From an uncultured Chloroflexia bacterium (GTDB lineage: Bacteria > Chloroflexota > Dormibacteria > CF-121), in NCBI GenBank assembly GCA_963795805.1, contig CAWCIV010000001.1:647896-711895 (forward strand): DNA of 64,000 nucleotides, given 5' to 3'. This document shows, piece by piece, positions 55,932-64,000 of the stretch (the stretch's first letter is position 1; every line of letters begins with the position of its first letter). A program made the position numbers and the translations under genes. The notes below the pieces were generated by a model, which saw only the letters and a list, made by a program, of their open reading frames with translations, was not told the DNA's origin and made no database searches.

Positions 55932-58535
55932 ATGATGATTTCCTGGATCCGCCGCCATATGACCGGTGACGACAAGCGTGGACAGACGCTCGTGATCTTT
56001 GCCCTCATCTTCGTGACGCTGGTCGGCTTCGCCGGCCTGGCCCTTGACGCGACCCACCTGTATCTCGCGCAGCACACGGCGCAAAAGGCGGCCGACGCCG
56101 CCGCACTCGCTGCGGGAAAGCGCCTGGCCGGCGCCACGCAACAGTCGCCGATGGCAAACTCGAACGACCTGGCGTTGGTCGCCGCCCATGACTTCGCGGC
56201 GGGCGACGGCTTCATCACCACCCGAAGCACGGCCTGCGATACCACCGTGACCAGTGGGAGCATTACCAGATTCACGGCCACCTGGACGGACGGCGCCTCG
56301 TGTTCGAGCAGCACCTACACCAACAAGGTGAGCGTGGCGGTGCCGCCGTACACGCTGACGCCCCATTGCCAGGTGACCCCGTACAACTGCATGCAGGTCA
56401 CCGTTCAATCGAAAGTGACGAACTTCGTGATGGGGACGGCCGGGATCCCGACCAGCCTTGTGCAGGCCTCAGCGACGGTTTACGCCCAGCCGAGCGGCAC
56501 GACCTTCGACTACCCGTATCCAGTGGCGGTGTACCTCTATCAGCCAGCGGTCGCGCTCATCGCGACCTGCCCCGCAGGGCAACAGTGCTTCGACCGAACC
56601 AAGGTCCCGGCGCGCACGCTGCTGAGCTGCAGCACCGCCGGCAGCAACTGCCCGACGTACTGGGCCCGCCCGGAAGCGTCCAACCTGATCGTCGGGGTGG
56701 ACGGCACGACGCTCAACCCCCCACAGGACGTGGTCGCGCTCGAATCGAATGGCGACATGGTGCTGCAGGGCGCGCTCGGTGATCAGTATTGCGACCCTTA
56801 CGGCGTTGGCGCCGCCGGATGCACCCTGGGTGCGGCAATCGGCTCGAAAGGCTATGCGCTGGCGGCGGGTTCGATTGCCTATTGTGCGACCAGTGGCGGC
56901 GCTGGCACGCGCGCACCAACGCCCTGCATCAGCGCCGGCCCCGGTGGCACGTCGACAACTCGCGTCTACGGTAACGAGACGACGTTCGCGTCCCACACGT
57001 GGACGCCCACGGTTGATACGTCTGGGTTGCGGGACTGCGGCTACTTGCTCCTGAACGGCAACACGGTTGCCTCCGGCCTATCGACCTCAACCTGCGCACC
57101 GCCGAGCACAGAGCCGTACACGATCATGCCGGGGATTTATCAATGGATCGCCATCAACCACGGTGCCTACACGTTTGAGCCGGGCATCTACGACATCACG
57201 GGAAAGGCCACGCGTCAATACGAACAGCAGTGGCGGCTCAGCAGCCAATGGCATCGACCACAGCACCGAGACCAGCACGGACTGGGACCTCTGCACGACC
57301 GCGGCAGGCAGCCGGGTGGCGTGCAACGGGCAGGCCGGCCAGCCGCTGCTCACGGCTGGCATCTGGATCGGGCACGGCAGCATGACCTACACCGCGGCCG
57401 GGACGACGACCTACGGAACCTGTGGCGCAGCCGGAAGCCAGGTTGGCGGCGGCGGCGACAGCACCCAGATCTTTGCCCATGGCGTGGTGTTCCGCTTCGA
57501 GTGCCGGTTCGGCCGGCTTCGTCTCGACGGCCGAGGTCAGCTCGATCGGTATGACGTCGCCAGGCCTCGGCCAGATGCGGCAGGTCAGCGGCGCGCCGCT
57601 GCTGATGGACATGGAGAACAACAGCTTCATCCATATCGACGCCAGCTCGACCGCGGGCGGCACAGTCGAACCAGCTGAACCAGTACTCGGGGATCATCTA
57701 CCAGACCTCGACCGCGACGGCTGGAGGAGTCGAGGTCAACCCCGGCTTCCCGACCCGTTTCGACGGTGAAGGTGGTGGGAGCTATAACAACGCCGTCGTC
57801 GGCCAGGTGTATGCCTACAGCTACACGAGCTTCGGCAGTCTGGGGGCCTTCGATTTCAGCAACGGCACTGGGGGCGCGGCGACGCCGGCCGTGACGGTCA
57901 CCGGTAACCTGGAAAACTCGATCCTGACCAGCTCGACCCTTGTGGCGGGGCCAAGCGGTACGACCGAGTCGCTCGTGGTGAAATACACCGACGAGTGGGC
58001 ACTCGACGCGTACGACGTCTACGTCAAGATCAACGGCGGGAGCCCGGTCTATTTCTCGGATGGGATCTGGAACCCCCGGCCGACCGGCGGCCAGACGCTT
58101 CCCCCGAGCAGCGCGTCGAACATCCCCAGCGACTACATCAACGGCGCCACCGTGAACGAGAAGCGGCCGACCGGAACCGAGACGGGTGCCATCCACTACC
58201 CGACACACACCACCGACAGCCTGGGTGACCCCGACTGGACAATGAGCTACCCGGTGGGCGGGATCTACGGCAACGCCGACGGCAGCACCTTCCGGGTCGA
58301 AGGTGACTGGATGTGGGGCCACGAACGGGACCTCACGGGTGCGACCTCTGGCAACAACTTCGCCACGCTGACCTACACCTTCCCGGTTCCGGCCGGCCAG
58401 ACGGTCTCGGTCAGCATGTTCATGACCGACGGCGATCGATGCGGTGACTACGTCACCGCCAGCTGGACGTTCAACAACATCGGGCAACCGGCGCCTGGCG
58501 TGCAGGTGATCGGGACGGTGCGGTTGGAGCAATGA
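55932..58535 (+). pseudogene. large TadG-like protein (~867 aa if contiguous) interrupted by three +1 frame changes
   Basis: The N-terminus is KRGQTLVIFALIFVTLVGFAGLALDATHLYLAQHTAQKAADAAALAAG. Protein-like sequence and high GC3 move from frame 2 to frame 0 near 57208-57216, to frame 1 near 57495-57505, and back to frame 2 near 57655-57668. The annotated frame turns Arg-rich and stops at 57554. The final segment matches ORF 57807..58535. Confidence 0.6.
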
Positions 58536-59116
58536 TCGCGAGGCTTCGGCGGAAGCGCGCGCAGGCGGCGGTCGAAACCGCGCTGATCCTGCCCCTCATC
58601 ATCTTCTTGATGCTGGGATCCGCCGACCTCGGTCGCGCCTTTTACCTAAAGCTGGAGATGTCGGGCGCAAGCCGGGCCGGCATGCGGATGGCGGTACTGG
58701 GCCAGACGGTCGACGTCGGCAACGCGGTGCGGGCCGAGCCGAACTCGGCGATCCCGAATACCTATGCCGCCTGGGGCCTGACCGCGCAGACGAGCCAGGG
58801 TGGGACGAACGGCGACTGCACCTCGGCATCGCAACGCTGCGGCGACCCGGGCGGATGTGACCGAGGATCCGCGTCGGGCTGGACCCTCGCCAGTCAGCAG
58901 GCCTGTTTCGCCATCCGCACCTGCCTGAGCTGGTCGAACGGCGTTTGCTCGAGCTTCTCTTCGTGGGGACAACGGCCCAGCGCTGGCCAGGACCTCCCGG
59001 TCCAGGTCCGAGCCGTCTATAAGTTCAGCCCCGCGACCCCTCTGATGGCGGCATTCGCGGGCGGAGGCGGCTCCTTCTACCTGGTGTCCGACACGATGGG
59101 CCTCCAGCTCTACTAA
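58532..59116 (+). CDS. TadE-like pseudopilin
   Basis: Its ATG overlaps the upstream stop. The N-terminus is MIARLRRKRAQAAVETALILPLIIFLMLGSADLGRAFY. Confidence 0.75.
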   Translation: MIARLRRKRAQAAVETALILPLIIFLMLGSADLGRAFYLKLEMSGASRAGMRMAVLGQTVDVGNAVRAEPNSAIPNTYAAWGLTAQTSQGGTNGDCTSASQRCGDPGGCDRGSASGWTLASQQACFAIRTCLSWSNGVCSSFSSWGQRPSAGQDLPVQVRAVYKFSPATPLMAAFAGGGGSFYLVSDTMGLQLY

Positions 59117-59224
59117 CCGGGCCAAGCAAGGACTCCCCGCGAAGTCGCGATTCACTGTCGATGGCCCGGAACCGCAGGATGTCCGGCGAGCTGACTCGCC
59201 CTGAGCACGGGCGCGGTCGTCGCC

Positions 59225-59578
59225 GTGTACGCTGCGGGGTACCTGATAACCCAGCCGGCGGCCGACGCCCTCGAGCATGCGGTTCTCCTCGCACCGTCCG
59301 GGCTCGCCGCGCGGACTTATCGTGACGGGACCTATCTTGGAAGCGGAGACAGCAGGTTCGGCAGCGTCTACGTCACGGTGCAGGTCAGCGGTGGCCGCAT
59401 CGGCCAGGTGTGGATCAACAGCGTCTCGACGACCTTTCCGCAGCAGGTGATCGCTGACCTCCCGGGCGCCGTCGTCGCCCGCCAGGGCGCTGGGGTCGAC
59501 CTGGTGACCGGCGCCACGAGCAGCAGCGCGGCCTTCGTGCTGGCGGTCAGGGCCGCCCTGCAGCAGGCTCAGCAGTGA
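59225..59578 (+). CDS. FMN-binding-domain protein (ApbE substrate type)
   Basis: The flavinylation motif D-x-x-T-G-A-T is present (DLVTGAT, 59498-59518). The frame is open from 59195 as LALSTGAVVAVYAAGYL (the tail of a TM). An ATG (59161 or 59179) in the neighbouring frame encodes MARNRRMSGELT, so removing one C from the CCC run at 59199-59201 would give a normal signal-anchor. Confidence 0.7.
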   Translation: MYAAGYLITQPAADALEHAVLLAPSGLAARTYRDGTYLGSGDSRFGSVYVTVQVSGGRIGQVWINSVSTTFPQQVIADLPGAVVARQGAGVDLVTGATSSSAAFVLAVRAALQQAQQ

Positions 59579-60507
59579 GCAAGCGCACGGTGATTGCGAT
59601 GGGATACCGGCAGGCACGGGCGGTCATGGATACCGTCGTGGCCATCGAGGTGGTGGAGGACGGCGGGGCGGCCGCGGCCGCCTGCGATCGAGCCTTCGGT
59701 TGGTTCGCGCAGGTCGAGCGGGCCTGCAGCCGCTTTGAAGAAGACAGCGAGGTTACGCGCCTGGTCCGGACGGTCGGCGTCCCGGTGGTCGTCAGTCCGG
59801 TGCTCTTCGAGGCCGTGCGGTTCGGGGTAGTCCTCGGGGCGATGACGGGTGGTGCGTTCGAGATCGCCATTGGGGGATTGATGGAGCGGCGCGGCTTCGA
59901 CCGCAGCTACCGCACTGGCACGCATCATACGTTTGGTGACGGATTGGCGTCTACGACCTATCGGGACATTCAGTTGGATGCGGCGGCGCGGACGATCACG
60001 CTGCGACGGCCGATGGTTCTCGATCTGGGCGCGGTTGCCAAAGGGCTGGCGATCGACCTGGCGGTACGTGAACTCGCGCGATTGCGCGACTTTAGTGTGG
60101 ACGCTGGTGGCGACATCTATGCGGCCGGGCACGGACGCCGTGATCGGTGGCGTGTCGGGATCCAGCATCCGAGGACGGCCGCGGCGCTCAGCGACACCGT
60201 GGGCGTCACCGATGCCGCGGTCTGCACCTCGGGCGATTACCAGCGTCGCGACAAACGGGGCGACGAGCATCACATTGTCGACCCGCGCACGGGCCGATCG
60301 CCGGCTGAGCTCGCGAGTGTGACGGTGGTCGCCGCCAACGCCATGCTGGCAGACGGATTGTCAACCGCGGCCTTTGTGCTCGGTCATCGAAGGGGCCTTG
60401 CGCTGGTGGAACGGTGCGGGGGCCAGGGGATGGCGATGACGCGGACGTTGGAACGACATGTGACCACGGGTTTCGACGCGCTCCTGGTCGCCGGGCACGG
60501 GACATGA
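59575..60507 (+). CDS. apbE: FAD:protein FMN transferase
   Basis: Conserved strings are LGAVAKGLAIDLAV, GGDIYAAG, WRVGIQHP, AVCTSGDYQR, HHIVDPRTG and MLADGLSTAAFVLG. The GTG overlaps the upstream stop. Confidence 0.85.
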   Translation: MSKRTVIAMGYRQARAVMDTVVAIEVVEDGGAAAAACDRAFGWFAQVERACSRFEEDSEVTRLVRTVGVPVVVSPVLFEAVRFGVVLGAMTGGAFEIAIGGLMERRGFDRSYRTGTHHTFGDGLASTTYRDIQLDAAARTITLRRPMVLDLGAVAKGLAIDLAVRELARLRDFSVDAGGDIYAAGHGRRDRWRVGIQHPRTAAALSDTVGVTDAAVCTSGDYQRRDKRGDEHHIVDPRTGRSPAELASVTVVAANAMLADGLSTAAFVLGHRRGLALVERCGGQGMAMTRTLERHVTTGFDALLVAGHGT

Positions 60508-61358
60508 TGCCGCGATTCCGGCTATTCACCCGCTGGCTCCGGACGCCCAAAGCCCTGGTGATCCTGGCGCTGCTCGCGCTGATTGCCGTCGCGGTCCCGA
60601 CCGAAGGGGTTGGGCGCGTGGGCATGCCAATCCTGGCGGCCGTCTCCGGCGCGGTGGCCGTTGACCTGGTCCTGGGCCGCATCCAGCGCGGGGTCGTCGA
60701 GATCCCGGATGGCGCCGTCATCACCGGTCTGATCCTGGCGATGGTGTTGATTGCCGGCGCGCCGCCCGGGGTGGCACTGGTTGCCGGGGCCATGGCGGTG
60801 GCCTCCAAGCATTTGCTGGCCGCGAACCAATCCCATCTGTTCAACCCGGCCGCGGTCGGGCTGCTGGGCTGCGCGGTGATCTTTCCCACGGGGCAGAGCT
60901 GGTGGGGCGCGCTGACGGATCTGCCGTGGCCCGCGATCGCGATCCTGATTGGCGGCGCCGTCGTGGTGGCGCACCGGGTGCACCGGCTGCCGATGCTGCT
61001 CGCGTTCCTTGGCGTGTCCTTTCTGGCGTTCTGCCTGGTGGCGCTGCCCTGGTCGGGTAGTGTCCCGCGCCTCGCCGAAGTCTTTCGGATCCCGTTCCTG
61101 AATGCGGCAATCTTCTGTGCCGGCTTCATGCTGACCGATCCGGTGACGTCGCCCAGCCGACCGCGAGAGCAAGTCTGGTTCGCCGGGGTCGCCGCCATCG
61201 GGAGCGTGATCAGCTTCATGGCCGTGGCCGGACTCTGGTATCTCTTCTTCGGCCTGCTGGCGGCCAACGGATGGTGGGCGTGGCGGCGGACGATGCTGGC
61301 GGCGAAGACCGTCACCGCCGCTCGAGGTCGATGGGCTCCGGAAGGCCGTGGAAACTAG
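60504..61358 (+). CDS. RnfD/NqrB-family-like integral membrane protein
   Basis: Its ATG overlaps the apbE stop. HLFNPAAVGLL and FMLTDPVTSP are hallmark strings of the NqrB/RnfD family. It has about 8 TMs. Confidence 0.65.
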   Translation: MMPRFRLFTRWLRTPKALVILALLALIAVAVPTEGVGRVGMPILAAVSGAVAVDLVLGRIQRGVVEIPDGAVITGLILAMVLIAGAPPGVALVAGAMAVASKHLLAANQSHLFNPAAVGLLGCAVIFPTGQSWWGALTDLPWPAIAILIGGAVVVAHRVHRLPMLLAFLGVSFLAFCLVALPWSGSVPRLAEVFRIPFLNAAIFCAGFMLTDPVTSPSRPREQVWFAGVAAIGSVISFMAVAGLWYLFFGLLAANGWWAWRRTMLAAKTVTAARGRWAPEGRGN

Positions 61359-61376
61359 AATGGCAGAACACCCCCG

Positions 61377-62927
61377 ATGGCTTATCAGACCCTTTACCTC
61401 AAGTACCGGTCGCAGCACTTTGGCGACCTGGTCGGACAGGACGCGATTGCCCAGACGCTGAAGAACGCCGTGGAGCAGGGTCGCGTGGCGCATGCCTACC
61501 TCTTCTCGGGCGTACGGGGCACGGGGAAGACGTCCACCGCCCGAATCGTGGCCAAGGCGATCAACTGTTTGAACCGTAAAGGGGCGGAGCCATGCGGCGT
61601 TTGCGCGAACTGTGTCGAGATCAGCACTGGCGCGGCCGTCGACCTGATCGAGATCGACGCTGCCTCCAACCGGGGCATCGACGAGATTCGCGACCTCCGC
61701 GAGCGGGTGAAGTACCTGCCGGCCAGCCTGAAGGTGAAGGTGTACATCATCGACGAGGCGCACATGCTGACCACGGAGGCCTTCAATGCGCTGCTGAAGA
61801 CGCTCGAGGAGCCACCGGCGCATGTGACGTTTGTGCTGGCGACGACCGAGCCGCACAAGATTCCTTTGACCGTTGCCTCCCGCTGTCAACGATTTGACTT
61901 CCGAAGGATCGAGACCGGCGCCGTGGCGGCGCATCTGGCCTCGATCGTGTCGTCCGAGGGCGTCAAGGTGGATCCGCAGAGCCTGGCGCTGCTGGCTCGG
62001 CTGGCGCGCGGCAGCATGCGCGACGGCATCACGCTGCTCGACCAACTGATCTCGCAGGGCGGTGATGCGCTCACCGTTGGCAAAACGCGCGAGCTGCTCG
62101 GGCTTGCCGACCCGGACACGCTGGTCCAGATGCTGGCGTACGCCACGACCGGCGATGCGGCCAGGACGCTCGGTGAGTTGCAAAAGTTTTACGACGCCGG
62201 CGGCGATGTGCGGCAACTGGTTCGAGGGTTGCTCGGCGCGATCCGTGAGGCGGCCCTATTATCGGTTGGCTACCACGATGCCGAGGGGTTGGGCGGCGCC
62301 GCGAGCGCCGGGTTGGAGAAAATCGGGCGGGCCACCGGCCGCAACGCACTGCTCGGAATGTGGAAGGGTCTGATGGAGATGGAGCCCGAGTTGCGCAAGG
62401 GCGCCGACGCGCGGCTGCTGCTCGAGGTCACGCTCCTGTCGAATATGAGCCAGCCGGTCGTGGTAGCCGTCGCGCCCGCGGTGGCGAGCACCGAGGCGGT
62501 TGGGGGAGAGAGAGTGATCGAGCCGGTGATCGAGCCTGCGCTCGCGCCGGAGCCGGCGGTGATGGGTCCGGACGCGCGCTGGGAGGCATTGAAGCAGCAG
62601 CTGCCCAAGCCGGTGGGGTCGTTGTTGATGGATGCCCGGCTGGCCGCGGTGCGCGATGGCCTGGTTCGGATCGAGTTTCGCTATCCTGCCCATGCCGAGC
62701 TGATGCAGAAGGCGTCGAACCGGGACACGCTGCTGGCGGCGGTGCGCGAGATCTTTGCGCCGGACGCCCGAGTGGAGCTGGTGGCGGGGGAGAAGCCTGG
62801 GGGGGTGGTTGCGGGTGGGGCCGCGTCGGCGCGCGGGACGACCTCGATCGCCGACGACCCGCTGGTGAAGGACGCCATGAATCGGTTTGACGCTACCAAC
62901 GTGCGGGTCACCCCGCGAGGGAGGTAA
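61377..62927 (+). CDS. dnaX: DNA polymerase III subunit gamma/tau
   Basis: Conserved strings are FGDLVGQDAIAQTLKNAVEQGRVAHAYLFSGVRGTGKTSTARIVAKAINC, the zinc module CGVCANC, and IIDEAHML. Confidence 0.9.
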   Translation: MAYQTLYLKYRSQHFGDLVGQDAIAQTLKNAVEQGRVAHAYLFSGVRGTGKTSTARIVAKAINCLNRKGAEPCGVCANCVEISTGAAVDLIEIDAASNRGIDEIRDLRERVKYLPASLKVKVYIIDEAHMLTTEAFNALLKTLEEPPAHVTFVLATTEPHKIPLTVASRCQRFDFRRIETGAVAAHLASIVSSEGVKVDPQSLALLARLARGSMRDGITLLDQLISQGGDALTVGKTRELLGLADPDTLVQMLAYATTGDAARTLGELQKFYDAGGDVRQLVRGLLGAIREAALLSVGYHDAEGLGGAASAGLEKIGRATGRNALLGMWKGLMEMEPELRKGADARLLLEVTLLSNMSQPVVVAVAPAVASTEAVGGERVIEPVIEPALAPEPAVMGPDARWEALKQQLPKPVGSLLMDARLAAVRDGLVRIEFRYPAHAELMQKASNRDTLLAAVREIFAPDARVELVAGEKPGGVVAGGAASARGTTSIADDPLVKDAMNRFDATNVRVTPRGR

Positions 62928-62929
62928 CC

Positions 62930-63244
62930 GTGGGACAGCAGTTCAAGATGATGAAGCAGCTGCAGCAGATGCAGGCCAAGATGGCGAAGGTCCAGGAGGA
63001 CCTGGGCGCGATGACGGTGGCGGGGACCGCGGGCGGCGGCATGGTCGAGGTCACGGTCAACGGCCACCAGAAGGTGCTGTCGGTGGTGGTCAAGCCGGAG
63101 GTGGTCGACCCGTCGGATCTCGAGATGCTCCAGGACCTGATCATGGCCGCGGTCAACGACGCGATGGACAAGGCGCGCGACCTGGCCTCGAAAGAGATGG
63201 GTTCGGTGACGGCGGGCCTCGGGTTGCCCCCCGGCTTGCTGTAG
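62930..63244 (+). CDS. ybaB: YbaB/EbfC-family nucleoid-associated protein
   Basis: MMKQLQQMQAKMAKVQEDL...GGGMVEVTVNG...DPSDLEMLQDLIMAAVNDA is the family signature. The start is GTG. Confidence 0.9.
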   Translation: MGQQFKMMKQLQQMQAKMAKVQEDLGAMTVAGTAGGGMVEVTVNGHQKVLSVVVKPEVVDPSDLEMLQDLIMAAVNDAMDKARDLASKEMGSVTAGLGLPPGLL

Positions 63245-63260
63245 CCGGCAGGGGATTGGA

Positions 63261-63860
63261 TTGGCCGAGATTCCGCCGGCGCTGACCCGGGTCATGGATG
63301 AGCTTGGGCGGCTGCCGGGGATCGGGCCGAAGACGGCGCAGCGCCTATCCTTCTATATATTGCGAGCGCCAAGAGACTCGATCGACCGCCTGGCCGCGGC
63401 CCTGGTCGACGTCAAAGCGCGAATCCGGTTCTGCGATGAGTGTTTCTTCATCTCCGAGACGGCGCGGTGCACCATCTGTGAGTCGGGACGGCGGGATCGA
63501 ACCGTGCTCTGTGTGGTCGAGGAGCCCCTGGATGTGTTGGCGATCGAGCGCACCGGTGAGTACCACGGGCTGTACCACGTTCTGCACGGAGCGCTCTCAC
63601 CCATCGATGGCGTGGGACCCGGCGAGTTGAAGATCGGGGAGCTGCTGGCCCGGTTGCGACGCGAGCCGGCGGGCGAAGTCATCCTCGCGACCGACCCGGA
63701 CATGGAGGGTGAGGCGACGGCGGCGTATTTGGGCGCCCAGCTGGCCGCCATGGGAGTGCGGACCTCACGGCTGGCGCACGGGCTGCCGGTTGGCGGCGAG
63801 CTCGAATACGCCGATGAGTTGACGCTGGCCCGGGCATTCTCGGGAAGGCGGGCGTTTTGA
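63261..63860 (+). CDS. recR: recombination protein RecR
   Basis: The HhH is LPGIGPKTAQRLSFYIL, the Cys4 zinc finger is CDECFFISETARCTIC, and the Toprim is VLCVVEEPLDVLAIERTGEYHGLYHVL. The start is TTG. Confidence 0.9.
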   Translation: MAEIPPALTRVMDELGRLPGIGPKTAQRLSFYILRAPRDSIDRLAAALVDVKARIRFCDECFFISETARCTICESGRRDRTVLCVVEEPLDVLAIERTGEYHGLYHVLHGALSPIDGVGPGELKIGELLARLRREPAGEVILATDPDMEGEATAAYLGAQLAAMGVRTSRLAHGLPVGGELEYADELTLARAFSGRRAF

Positions 63861-63865
63861 GCGAG

Positions 63866-64000
63866 GTGGCCGGTGGAGAGGAGGAGGAGCGGGAAATCGC
63901 CTGGCTGGCGATGCCGGAGAAGGCGCCGGTGGTCGGGCGTGACGGGGAGGAGATCGGGCGCGCGGAGGGGTTGCTCGGTGATGAGGGCGACGACATCTTT
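63866..64000 (+). CDS. partial ORF (45 codons, runs off the window), possibly PRC-barrel/DUF2171-like
   Basis: A GTG at 63866 gives VAGGEEEEREIAWLAMPEKAPVVGRDGEEIGRAEGLLGDEGDDIF. The V-G-x-DG-x-x-IG-x-x pattern is suggestive only. Confidence 0.3.
   Translation, partial: MAGGEEEEREIAWLAMPEKAPVVGRDGEEIGRAEGLLGDEGDDIF

Noticed and set aside
57627-58532. 301-aa minus-strand ORF antisense to the 3' part of the TadG-like gene
   Set aside because: It has an Arg/Gly/Val/Asp-rich composition. The plus strand shows Thr/Gly/Ser-rich TadG-like sequence with high GC3.
60522-62216. 564-aa minus-strand ORF antisense to the RnfD-like gene and dnaX
   Set aside because: It is Arg/Gly/Pro/His-rich junk with no motifs. 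Both plus-strand genes have strong family signatures.
61377-62927. Programmed -1 frameshift site in dnaX (gamma/tau)
   Set aside because: I saw no A-AAA-AAG-type slippery heptamer or A-rich run in the gene. Only the full-length frame is supported.

Overview
The window is visibly GC-rich, with strong G/C bias at third codon positions, and is densely coded. I support about 70 protein genes and one RNA gene. The RNA gene is a Bacillus-type large SRP RNA with an Alu domain at about 7358-7631. I saw no rRNA, tRNA, CRISPR array, integrase, transposase or prophage genes, so this looks like chromosomal backbone enriched in signalling and envelope functions rather than a mobile island.

Housekeeping and metabolism genes:
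- xfp-ackA (phosphoketolase plus acetate kinase)
- pepN
- beta-carbonic anhydrase
- an adaA/alkA fusion with ogt
- dnaX-ybaB-recR
- several ABC and MFS transporters

Signalling genes:
- two convergent HAMP/HD-GYP paralogs
- a GAF-GGDEF cyclase
- a soluble poly-HAMP histidine kinase built from six exact 276-bp coding repeats
- an OmpR/HK pair
- PadR with a HAAS-type membrane partner
- three ECF sigma factors, each with a non-canonical partner

Regions most worth a second look:
1. 51958-59116: a self-contained, mirror-arranged set of six TadE/TadG-like pseudopilin genes around a small secreted acidic protein, with no pilus ATPase, platform, secretin, prepilin peptidase or Flp pilin in the window.
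2. About 57.2-59.2 kb: the large TadG-like gene carries three same-direction (+1) frame changes, and a fourth sits in a CCC run at the start of the neighbouring FMN-binding gene. These are either real decay or local assembly errors.
3. 37387-39914: a CarH/LitR-like light-sensor module in an unusual split and reversed layout. A standalone B12-binding protein with the Wx9EH and ExHxxG motifs is followed by a MerR-PAS protein. Three 11-12-bp-spaced GACA direct repeats lie upstream. The module is divergent from a receiver / 63-aa protein / ECF sigma operon.
4. 16874-19539: an ECF sigma and membrane anti-sigma pair. The anti-sigma ectodomain is a tandem duplication of a ~140-aa two-Cys domain. That domain recurs in a neighbouring LAxTG-type secreted paralog, and both transcription units carry the same ~39-nt promoter-like block.

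All functional calls rest on motif and family recognition by eye. No searches were run.
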